A DNA stretch of 64,000 nt from Leptospira sp. (GTDB taxonomy: Bacteria; Spirochaetota; Leptospiria; Leptospirales; Leptospiraceae): positions 64,001 to 128,000 of the forward strand of contig JAWXAQ010000027.1 in the NCBI GenBank assembly GCA_034439575.1, written 5' to 3'. This document shows positions 19,425 to 28,265 of the stretch, in pieces. How positions within the stretch are numbered: position 1 is the stretch's first letter; each line of letters opens with the position of its first letter. The position numbers were made by a program, and so were the translations under genes. The notes under the pieces are model-generated. The model did not search any database and was not told the DNA's origin. It was given only the letters and a program-made list of their open reading frames with translations.

Positions 19425-20402
19425 ATGTTAATAAAATTTTTCTTTAGTCTAGTTATTGCTCTTATTCTGGGTTTCGTCACTTTAAGAGATATAGATTTCA
19501 ATAGTGTATATAATATTCAAGAACAGGTAAATTGGGTATATGTAATTTATGCGATAGGTGTTATGTTATTTATTTCTATTCTAAGAAGTATTAGATTGAA
19601 AATTATGCTAAAAAAAATTGCAGACATAACTATATTTGAGACATTTAAAATTAATTCTGTCGGATATTTTTTTATAATGATATTGCCTTTTCGAATTGGT
19701 GAATTGGCAATCCCGATCTTAATCCGAAATACATATAAAGTTCCTATGGGATCTATTTTGTCTATTGTTATGATCGAACGAGTAGTGGATCTTTTTGTTC
19801 TTTTGATAATTTTGTTTTCTGTAATATACGTTAGTTTATTACCTCCTTGGCTAATTCAGTCTGCATATTTTTTATCGATAATGTTGATTGTCTTTTCTTT
19901 TTCAGTTTTCTTTTTATTGAAAAAAACTGATTTAGTTATGAAACTTCTGAATCCAATTTTTAAATTCCTTCCGAAAGTAGTTTTAGAAAAACAAACAAAT
20001 CTTCTAAATGGTATTAAATTAGGCTTAGCTTCAATTAATACAAAAACCCAATTTTTTTATATTATTTTAATTGCAATAATTGTTTGGATGCTTTCTGCAG
20101 CTTCCATCCTTCTTTTGTTTTGGGGTATGCGAATAAATTTGGGAATTCTTGAAGCACTAACAGTTATGTTAATCAATGTCTTTGGGATTAGTATGCCCGC
20201 TGGACCTGGTCTTATTGGAAATTTTCAGTATTCATGTATCATCGCTTTATCTATATTTTCTATAGATAAAAACGTAGCCTTTAGTTTTTCGATGTTATAT
20301 TATATTTCAGTTTTAGTTTTAACTTTGTTTTTTGGAATTTTGTCTATATATTTACTAAGGGTAAAAAGTAAAGATTTGAAACAAATGATTGAATCAAAAT
20401 GA
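19425..20402 (+). CDS. lysylphosphatidylglycerol-synthase-TM / flippase-like membrane protein (UPF0104)
   Basis: LPFRIGEL, ERVVDL, P.GPGLIG motifs; multiple TM segments. Confidence 0.82.
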   Translation: MLIKFFFSLVIALILGFVTLRDIDFNSVYNIQEQVNWVYVIYAIGVMLFISILRSIRLKIMLKKIADITIFETFKINSVGYFFIMILPFRIGELAIPILIRNTYKVPMGSILSIVMIERVVDLFVLLIILFSVIYVSLLPPWLIQSAYFLSIMLIVFSFSVFFLLKKTDLVMKLLNPIFKFLPKVVLEKQTNLLNGIKLGLASINTKTQFFYIILIAIIVWMLSAASILLLFWGMRINLGILEALTVMLINVFGISMPAGPGLIGNFQYSCIIALSIFSIDKNVAFSFSMLYYISVLVLTLFFGILSIYLLRVKSKDLKQMIESK

Positions 20403-21442
20403 AAGCCGCTGTATTATTTAATATTGGAAAACCACTTGAAATATGTGAACTAACATTACCTGAATTGTTGGAGGGACAAATTCTTGTTAAACTAGCATAC
20501 AGTGGAGTTTGTCATAGTCAACTAATGGAAGTTTCTGGTGGACGAGGTGAAGACAAATATTTGCCACATCTTCTAGGTCATGAAGGATCTGGTGTTGTTG
20601 TTTCCATTGGACCTTCAGTGAAAAAATTGAGAGTAGGGGACCCTGTTATTCTTGGTTGGATTAAAGGAACAGGAATAGATGCTATTGGGGCAAAGTATAA
20701 ATATAAAGATTTGATAATAAACTCGGGTGGAGTAACAACATTTAGTGAATATTCGGTAGTATCTGAAAATAGATGTACTCTTTTACCAAAAGGTTTGCCA
20801 CTAGACATTGCTGTACTCTTTGGTTGTGCAATTCCAACTGGTTCGGGCATAATCAAAAATGCATTAAATCCAGCACCAAATAGTACCATCGCAATCTTTG
20901 GGTTAGGTGGAATCGGTTTGAGTGCTTTGATTCTTTGTAAATTATACAATCCATCAAGTCTTATTGCTATAGATATTGAAAAAAGTAAGTTGGAAATGGC
21001 AAAAAAATTAGGCGCAACAAATTTGATCAATGCTTCCGTTGAAGATCCCATAAAGGCCATCATGAATATCACTGATGGAAAGGGAGTAGATTATGCAATG
21101 GAAGCAGCTGGATTAAGCAGCACGATTGAGCAGGCTTTTGATTCTGTAAGAAGAAAAGGAGGACTACTCGTATTTGCTTCGCACCCTAAACAGGGAGATA
21201 AAATAAAAATTGATCCATTTGAATTGATCAATGGTAAAAATATTCGTGGAAGTTGGGGTGGTGAATCTAACCCAGATATTGATATTCCATATTATGCAAA
21301 TTTATACACGGAAGGTAAGTTACCTTTAGACCTTTTGATTACAAAAAAATATAAGTTAAATGAAATTAATGAAGCCCTTTTTGATTTAAAAAATCATAAA
21401 GTCCATAGACCAATACTAGAAATTGATTCATCCTTAAACTGA
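20399..21442 (+). CDS. zinc-binding alcohol dehydrogenase
   Basis: GVCHSQ, LGHEGSG, FGCAIPTG, GLGGIG; lacks the 4-Cys structural-zinc loop. Confidence 0.9.
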   Translation: MKAAVLFNIGKPLEICELTLPELLEGQILVKLAYSGVCHSQLMEVSGGRGEDKYLPHLLGHEGSGVVVSIGPSVKKLRVGDPVILGWIKGTGIDAIGAKYKYKDLIINSGGVTTFSEYSVVSENRCTLLPKGLPLDIAVLFGCAIPTGSGIIKNALNPAPNSTIAIFGLGGIGLSALILCKLYNPSSLIAIDIEKSKLEMAKKLGATNLINASVEDPIKAIMNITDGKGVDYAMEAAGLSSTIEQAFDSVRRKGGLLVFASHPKQGDKIKIDPFELINGKNIRGSWGGESNPDIDIPYYANLYTEGKLPLDLLITKKYKLNEINEALFDLKNHKVHRPILEIDSSLN

Positions 21443-21488
21443 TTCTTCTATAATAATAATAACACTTTTCCTATTTAAATAAACTATA

Positions 21489-22967
21489 ATGTCCCAACAT
21501 ACTCACGACATAAAACAAATATCAGAACTTGCTAAAGAAAGTCAAAAAGTCATTTTTGTGACAGGGATTTTTAACATTGTTCATCCAGGACATCTTCGTT
21601 TGCTAAAATTTGCCAAAGAGTGCGGAGATATATTAGTTGTCGGTGTGATAAAGACTGGAATGTCTCAGGAGATTATTGAATCACAATATAGACTGGAAGG
21701 AATCCAATCCATTGGATTTGTTGATTATGCTTTTATTTTAAATGAACCGATAGAAGACTTTATAGTTCAATTAAAACCATATGCTATCGTCAAAGGAAAA
21801 GAACACGAGTTAAACTATAATCCTGAAATTTCTATCCTCGAAAGTTATGGAGGAAAACTAATTTTTGGATCAGGAGATATTATTTTCTCCTCTTCCGATC
21901 TCCTCTCAAAAGAATTTAATGAGTTAAATTTTTCCACAATCAAGAAGCCAAAGGATTTTCCAATACGCCATAATTTCACAATGGAAAGCATAAAGGAAAT
22001 TTTGGACTCTTTCAAAAGATTGAAAGTTTGTGTCATTGGCGATACCATTGTTGATGAATATATAAATTGCAACGCTCTTGGTATGTCTCAAGAGGACCCA
22101 ACAATAGTTGTAACACCCATTAAGTCGGATATGTATGTCGGCGGAGCTGCCATCGTCGCCGCACATGCGAAGAGTTTAGGTGCCAATGTAACTTTTTTTT
22201 CCCTCGCGGGCGAAGATGCTGCCTATAAATTTGTGTCTGGAAGATTGGATGATATGGGCATTCAAGCTTACTTTTTTCTAGATGAAAGCCGTCCTACGAC
22301 ATTAAAACAAAGATACCGAGCAGAATCAAAAACACTTTTAAGGGTCAGTCATTTAAGACAACATGAGATGTCTACCGAATTGATTGATAAAATGTTTAAT
22401 CAATTTAAACAATTAGCAAACAACTTTGATTTATTAATTTTTTCTGATTTTAATTACGGATGTTTACCTCAGTCACTTGTGGAAAAGATTTCAGAGTTAT
22501 GCAAAAAAAATGGGGTTATGATGGTAGCCGATAGCCAATCATCTTCCCAAATAGGTGATGTGTCTCGTTTCAAAGGAATGCAATTTTTAACCCCGACCGA
22601 AAGAGAAGCTCGCCTCGCGACACGAGAATTTGGTATGGGTCTCGTAGTGTTAGCTGAAGAACTTCGTGTCAAAGCAAATGCTAAAAATATATTCATCACC
22701 CTGGGATCTGATGGCTTACTCATTCATGCAGAATTATCCTCTAAAAACCAGTGGTTAACAGATAGACTTCCTGCTTTCAATACAGCACCAAAAGACACAG
22801 CAGGTTCAGGTGACTCGTTTTTAACAGCGGCATCCATGTCTAGTGCCGTTGGGGGAAATATCTGGCAAAGTGCCTATATAGGTTCGCTAGCTGCTGCATG
22901 TCAAGTAGGTAGGGTTGGAAATATTCCTCTTCGTCCAGAAGAAATACTGAAAGAAATCGAGATTTGA
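21489..22967 (+). CDS. bifunctional cytidylyltransferase-like / PfkB sugar kinase (HldE-like, reversed domain order)
   Basis: N-terminal FNIVHPGH (HxGH) and VKG; C-terminal GD.IVDEY, GGAA, SDFNYG, TPTERE, DTAGSGD. Confidence 0.88.
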   Translation: MSQHTHDIKQISELAKESQKVIFVTGIFNIVHPGHLRLLKFAKECGDILVVGVIKTGMSQEIIESQYRLEGIQSIGFVDYAFILNEPIEDFIVQLKPYAIVKGKEHELNYNPEISILESYGGKLIFGSGDIIFSSSDLLSKEFNELNFSTIKKPKDFPIRHNFTMESIKEILDSFKRLKVCVIGDTIVDEYINCNALGMSQEDPTIVVTPIKSDMYVGGAAIVAAHAKSLGANVTFFSLAGEDAAYKFVSGRLDDMGIQAYFFLDESRPTTLKQRYRAESKTLLRVSHLRQHEMSTELIDKMFNQFKQLANNFDLLIFSDFNYGCLPQSLVEKISELCKKNGVMMVADSQSSSQIGDVSRFKGMQFLTPTEREARLATREFGMGLVVLAEELRVKANAKNIFITLGSDGLLIHAELSSKNQWLTDRLPAFNTAPKDTAGSGDSFLTAASMSSAVGGNIWQSAYIGSLAAACQVGRVGNIPLRPEEILKEIEI

Positions 22968-23091
22968 GTTCAGCATTCTAATAATTAGGATCAAATATTC
23001 TACAAATTTTATTACTTTACCAGCGCAATTATTAATTTACCCTAGATTTGCGTTAGAATAAGTTTAATTTGTAGGCTAAAAGCGACAGGAG

Positions 23092-25152
23092 TTGTTTTTG
23101 AAAAAAGAAAAAGTATACCTAGCTGACCTAACTCATACAGGACAAGTCGTTGCTTCAAATATAGCTCCACTCGGCATTGGATTGATAGCATCTTATGCTA
23201 AAATTCAAAAACCAGATTTAGCTGACTTTAGTCTTTATAAATATCCTGAAGATTTTAATCAAGCACTCGAAACTGAGATTCCCAAAGTCGTAGGATTTGC
23301 GAATTATTCTTGGAACTGTGAACTGGCGTATAAGTTTACCGAAAAAATAAAAGCAAAATCTCCTTCAACGGTCGTTGTGTTTGGTGGTCCAAATTATGGA
23401 TTGGAAACTGAAGAAATAGAAACTTTTTGGGAAAATTATCCACTCATAGATTTCTATGTTGTTAAAGAAGGTGAAGTTGCTTTCTTACAATTATTGGAAA
23501 AACTAATAGATAATGATTTTAACGTTGAAAAAGTTAAACGAGCTGCAGAACCACCTTTAAACTGTACTTTTAGGTTAGATGGAAAGCTTGTGAATACTGA
23601 TTTATTGCCTCGAATTAACAATTTGGATGAATTAGGCTCTCCTTATTTGTCTGGACTCATGGATAAATTTTTCGATGGCGTTCTCATTCCGATGATTCAC
23701 ACAACACGTGGTTGCCCATTTACCTGTGCATTTTGTACTGAAGGTGCGAAATACTATTCGAAAGTTACGCAGAGGATTGATTTACGTGAGGAACTCGAAT
23801 ACATTGCTGAAAGAAGAAAAACAATCCAAGATCTGACAATCACAGATGCAAATTTTGGAATGTGGTCGCAAGACATAGATAAAGCGACCATATTAGCAGA
23901 AATTCAAAAGAAATATGAATGGCCTAAACGCATTTTAGTATCCACAGGTAAAAATCAAAAAGAACGAGTTGTCGAAGTAGCAGGTATGTTAAATGGAGCG
24001 GTTCAAGTAGCGGCATCTTTACAATCTACAAATGAAGAAATTTTAAAAAATATAAAACGTTCTAATATTTCTCAAGACGCCTTGACTCAAATGGTAGAAC
24101 AAAGCGGGCAAGCAGAATCCAGCACTTATACGGAACTTATTCTTTGTTTACCTGGTGACACATTTGAGACTCATATTCAAAGTTTAAGGGATGTAGTAAA
24201 TAGCGGTATTGGTATAGTCCGAATGTACCAATTGATCTTATTACCACAGACAGAATTAAACACACCCGATACTCGTAGAAAATATGGAATGAAAACTAAA
24301 TTTCGAATCAATCCGAGATCATTCGGTATTTATCGAATGTTAGGTGAGAGTGTTCCTGCAATCGAGAGTGAAGAGATATGCATTCAAAATGATACCATGA
24401 GCTTTGAAACATATCTCGAATGTCGGGAGATGGACTTAACGATTGAAATGTTACACAACACTGGATTATTTCAAGAATTACAAGGATTGGTGAAACATTA
24501 TAATCTATCTTGGTTCGATTTCCTTTATTCATTTTATGAAGGACGTAGAAATTTTTCAGGAGAACTTACTCAGCTATTCAATAATTTTACTTCGGATACC
24601 AAAAGTAGACTTTGGGATAGCAAAGAAGATCTGATGCATCATGTTGAAGAAAATATGGAATCATATTTGAATGATCCATACGGAACAAATGAAATGGCTA
24701 CTTCAAAGGCACTTGCTTTTTTTCGAATTTCATCAGAATTGCATGATATCTTATTCAATCTTATGCGTGAAATTTTAATTAAACGTGACTTATTAAATGA
24801 AGTGAATGATCTATATTTAGAACAACTTAAGAAATTTAGTTTTTTACGTAAGAATGAATTATTGGATACTTCCTTGACTTTATCAGAAGATTTCGACTTT
24901 GATTTTGATTTGATTCGCAAAAAGAATTATCAGATTGAACCTGCAGATTATAAATTAACAGATAAAAAGACATTTAATTTCTTTCATTCCGTTGATCAAA
25001 TTCCACTTATCGATGGTTATATTACACAATATGGAAAATCTATCGATGGGCTAGGGCGAATATTAATGAGAGCACCTGTAAAATCTTTCTTTAGAGATAT
25101 CCAAACAGTAGCTACTAAATCTTCAGGTCTAACCATGGAAAGTTTTGGCTGA
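23092..25152 (+). CDS. B12-binding domain radical SAM protein
   Basis: PLGIGLIASY, GFANYSWN, GGPN, EGE, TTRGCPFTCAFC, DANFG, LPGDT; AGGAG RBS and TTG start. Confidence 0.88.
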   Translation: MFLKKEKVYLADLTHTGQVVASNIAPLGIGLIASYAKIQKPDLADFSLYKYPEDFNQALETEIPKVVGFANYSWNCELAYKFTEKIKAKSPSTVVVFGGPNYGLETEEIETFWENYPLIDFYVVKEGEVAFLQLLEKLIDNDFNVEKVKRAAEPPLNCTFRLDGKLVNTDLLPRINNLDELGSPYLSGLMDKFFDGVLIPMIHTTRGCPFTCAFCTEGAKYYSKVTQRIDLREELEYIAERRKTIQDLTITDANFGMWSQDIDKATILAEIQKKYEWPKRILVSTGKNQKERVVEVAGMLNGAVQVAASLQSTNEEILKNIKRSNISQDALTQMVEQSGQAESSTYTELILCLPGDTFETHIQSLRDVVNSGIGIVRMYQLILLPQTELNTPDTRRKYGMKTKFRINPRSFGIYRMLGESVPAIESEEICIQNDTMSFETYLECREMDLTIEMLHNTGLFQELQGLVKHYNLSWFDFLYSFYEGRRNFSGELTQLFNNFTSDTKSRLWDSKEDLMHHVEENMESYLNDPYGTNEMATSKALAFFRISSELHDILFNLMREILIKRDLLNEVNDLYLEQLKKFSFLRKNELLDTSLTLSEDFDFDFDLIRKKNYQIEPADYKLTDKKTFNFFHSVDQIPLIDGYITQYGKSIDGLGRILMRAPVKSFFRDIQTVATKSSGLTMESFG

Positions 25153-25188
25153 GTTCGATTAAATTTCATTTTCATTCAAAACTTCCAC

Positions 25189-25998
25189 ATGCATGATAAT
25201 GATAATTTAAAAGTCGCTAAAAAAAGGTTTTTGATAATTGGCTGTGCCCAAGGGCATGGTCAATTTATTGCAACCCGACTAATGCAGCAGGGTCATTCCC
25301 TTATCATGTTAGATGCAAAGGATGATATAATTAATTTAGGCGAAGAGTTTAAAAAAGAAAATCCAAACATATCAGCCCATATATTCAATGTTTTGAACTT
25401 TTCTGATTACGATAATTTCTTAAAAAAAGTGATCGGCTCCAACGGAATTGATGGAGTATTATACTTCCCTAGGTTTCGGGCAGAAGCGGATTTTATGAAA
25501 ATTACTCCCGAAGAATGGCAGTTAGATATTGATATTGGAGTGAAGGGAATATTTTTTCTATCTAGATCTTTAATACCATATTTGAACCCAAAGCTTTCTT
25601 CCATCATTTTATATTCGTCATTACTTTCCTCACTTGTCGGTAGCGAAAGTGTGAGTTACCATGTTTCAAAAGCAGGCTTAGAGCAACTTTGTCGGTACAT
25701 GGCAGTAAAATTTGCACCCATTAATATTCGTGTGAATACTATTAAAATCGGTATCTGTTTAAAAGATGGGGTATTGAATTCTGGTGTACTAAAATTACAG
25801 CCTCGTTGGGAAATATTTAAAAAGATTCAACCAAGTGGTCAGTTTAGTCATTCTGAAGATTTGTCAAACCTAACTAATTTCTTGTTAAGTGATTCTATAG
25901 CTAATATAACAGGACAGATTTTTACCTTAGATGGTGGTTTGTCTATACAAGAGCATTCATTTATGGCGACGTCTGCATTCTTAGAAAATGACAAATGA
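25189..25998 (+). CDS. short-chain dehydrogenase/reductase (divergent)
   Basis: GCAQGHG, YHVSK, IRVNTI, ITGQIFTLDGG. Confidence 0.82.
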   Translation: MHDNDNLKVAKKRFLIIGCAQGHGQFIATRLMQQGHSLIMLDAKDDIINLGEEFKKENPNISAHIFNVLNFSDYDNFLKKVIGSNGIDGVLYFPRFRAEADFMKITPEEWQLDIDIGVKGIFFLSRSLIPYLNPKLSSIILYSSLLSSLVGSESVSYHVSKAGLEQLCRYMAVKFAPINIRVNTIKIGICLKDGVLNSGVLKLQPRWEIFKKIQPSGQFSHSEDLSNLTNFLLSDSIANITGQIFTLDGGLSIQEHSFMATSAFLENDK

Positions 25999-26791
25999 GT
26001 GTCTGCACAATCGAGTTGCAATTGTTACTGGGGCTTCCAAAGGAATAGGACTTGGAATTGCCAAAGAATTTGCGGAACAAGGTGCAAATTTAGTTCTATG
26101 TGCTAGAAATAAGACAGGATTAAAAAACATTCTCAATGATTTTGGTCCAAAACAATCTAGAGTTGAAACTATAGATGTTGATTTAAGTCAGAAAAATTCT
26201 GCAAAAAGTATTGTTGATTTTACTTTAGGAAAATTCGGTAAAATAGATATAATTGTCAATAATGTTGGTGGAATTACTCAAACAGGTCAATTTGAAGATC
26301 TTAATGATTCTGATTGGATAGATTCATTAGAGTTAAATTTATTATCATCTGTGCGACTCATTAGAGAAGCTATACCATTACTTAGAAAAAGTGATTATGG
26401 TAGAGTGATAAATATATCATCATTCGTAGCGAAAGAGCCAGGCAAATTCAATCCACATTATTCTGCATCAAAAGCAGGTTTGCTTAATTTGAGTAAATAT
26501 CTGTCAAATTATTTGGCAAATGATCATATAACAGTCAATACTATATCTCCTGGAAATATTGAGACAGAAGGATGGGAAGATTATATTGAAAACAAATCTT
26601 CTTCTGAGAATATCGATATAAATATTATTCGAGATCAAGAACAAAAAAGAGTCATTGCATCTATTCCACTCGGTAGACAAGGTAAAGTTGTGGAGATTGC
26701 TAGAATGGTTTCATTCTTGGCATCAGATAATGGAAGTTATATTACTGGAGCAAATATCGTCATTGATGGCGGAAAATTAAGAAGCTTATAA
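25988..26791 (+). CDS. short-chain dehydrogenase/reductase (classical)
   Basis: TGASKGIG, VNNVG, YSASK, ITGANIVIDGG. Confidence 0.9.
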   Translation: MTNECLHNRVAIVTGASKGIGLGIAKEFAEQGANLVLCARNKTGLKNILNDFGPKQSRVETIDVDLSQKNSAKSIVDFTLGKFGKIDIIVNNVGGITQTGQFEDLNDSDWIDSLELNLLSSVRLIREAIPLLRKSDYGRVINISSFVAKEPGKFNPHYSASKAGLLNLSKYLSNYLANDHITVNTISPGNIETEGWEDYIENKSSSENIDINIIRDQEQKRVIASIPLGRQGKVVEIARMVSFLASDNGSYITGANIVIDGGKLRSL

Positions 26792-26794
26792 ATT

Positions 26795-27529
26795 ATGAAA
26801 AAAACATTAACAATTGGAATTCCCGCATATAACGAAGAAAAAAATATTCGCGATACTTTCTTAACAATCACAAAAGCTCATAAAAAATTTAAAGATTTAA
26901 ATCTTGATATAATAATTATTAATGATGGGAGCAAAGATAGGACTGCAGAAATAGCTGACGAGATCGCATCCCTTAATAAGAATGTTTTAGTTATTCATAA
27001 TGAAATTAATGAAGGATTAGGCGTAGGATTTAGAAAAGCATTAGCTAGCGCTAAAGGAGATTACTTTCTATTTGTCCCTGGTGATAACGATTTACCTGTA
27101 GAGCTTCTAGTCTCTCTTTTTGCAGAAATTGGAAAAGCGGATATTATCATTTCTTATTTTCTTAATCGCGAGGTTAGGGGAAGAATTAGGAATACAATTT
27201 CGATTATCTATAACACAGTTTACATGGTTACTTTTGGTGTATTTGTTTTTTACATAAATGGTCCCGCAATTTATCATACTGAAAAATTAAAACAATTAAA
27301 CCTTAATGCGAATCGTTTTAGTATCATAGTAGAAGCAACGATTAAAATACTTTGTTCTGGAGCGACTTTTTTAGAAGTCCCAGGTAAACTTCAGACTGGA
27401 TCAAATGGAAGTACTGCAATGTCCTTTCGCAATTTACGTGAAGTGATTAAAGCTTTTTTTCTTTTGATTTGGGAAGTCAAATATAAGAATAAAAATAAAT
27501 ATTCGAATCCACCAGTTAGAAATTCATAA
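26795..27529 (+). CDS. GT2 glycosyltransferase, DPM-synthase/polyprenol-phosphate type
   Basis: IPAYNEE, NDGSKD, N.GLG, PGDND; 244 aa single domain. Confidence 0.85.
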   Translation: MKKTLTIGIPAYNEEKNIRDTFLTITKAHKKFKDLNLDIIIINDGSKDRTAEIADEIASLNKNVLVIHNEINEGLGVGFRKALASAKGDYFLFVPGDNDLPVELLVSLFAEIGKADIIISYFLNREVRGRIRNTISIIYNTVYMVTFGVFVFYINGPAIYHTEKLKQLNLNANRFSIIVEATIKILCSGATFLEVPGKLQTGSNGSTAMSFRNLREVIKAFFLLIWEVKYKNKNKYSNPPVRNS

Positions 27530-27554
27530 AATTTATAACATAATATTTCTGATT

Positions 27555-28265
27555 ATGAAAGCCTTGTTACTTGCTGCTGGTTTCGGTACTAGATTAAGAC
27601 CTGTCACTGATAGGATTCCGAAATGCCTTGTACCGATTAATGGTAAGCCATTATTGGAAATTTGGCTCGAGCTTTTAGAAAAAGCAGATTTATCTGGAAT
27701 CATTGTTAACTTACATTATCTACCAGAAAAGGTTATTAATTTTTTAGATAATAGTAAATTTAAAAATAGAGTTACAACTGTTTACGAAAAAGAATTGTTA
27801 GGCACGGCCGGTACTTTACTTTCAAATAGACAATCTTATCCCTCAGAAGCTGTAATTCTCATTCATGCAGATAATCTTTCACAATTTGATATTATTGATT
27901 TTATTCAATCACATAACAAAAGGCCTATCGGATGTGAAATCACAATGATGACTTTCAAGACGGATTTACCTAAGTTATGCGGAATCGTTGAATCAGATGC
28001 AGAGAATAGATTGATCGGATTCTATGAGAAAGTGGAAAATCCGCCTGGCAATCTAGCAAATGGCGCAGTTTACATTGTGGAACCTTCTGTGATTCAATTT
28101 CTAATATCTTTAAATAAAGAAGTCATAGATTTTAGTACTGAAGTTATACCAAATTACCTAGGTAGAATTTTTTTATATGAAAACAACACTTACCATCGAG
28201 ACATAGGTAATTTGGAAAGTTATGCGATAGGACAAAGAGAATATCAATCGCTGCCAAAAATATGA
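27555..28265 (+). CDS. sugar-1-phosphate nucleotidyltransferase (HddC/GMPP-like)
   Basis: LAAGFGTRLRPVT..PKCL, LLGTAG, FYEK, ANGAVY, DIG. Confidence 0.9.
   Translation: MKALLLAAGFGTRLRPVTDRIPKCLVPINGKPLLEIWLELLEKADLSGIIVNLHYLPEKVINFLDNSKFKNRVTTVYEKELLGTAGTLLSNRQSYPSEAVILIHADNLSQFDIIDFIQSHNKRPIGCEITMMTFKTDLPKLCGIVESDAENRLIGFYEKVENPPGNLANGAVYIVEPSVIQFLISLNKEVIDFSTEVIPNYLGRIFLYENNTYHRDIGNLESYAIGQREYQSLPKI

Noticed and set aside
22968-23091. Possible hairpin/terminator or cobalamin riboswitch before the second B12 radical SAM
   Set aside because: Only a weak GCGCAA/TTGCGT pairing is present, with no U-tract and no recognisable B12-box. The gap is short for that riboswitch; an Infernal/Rfam scan would settle it.
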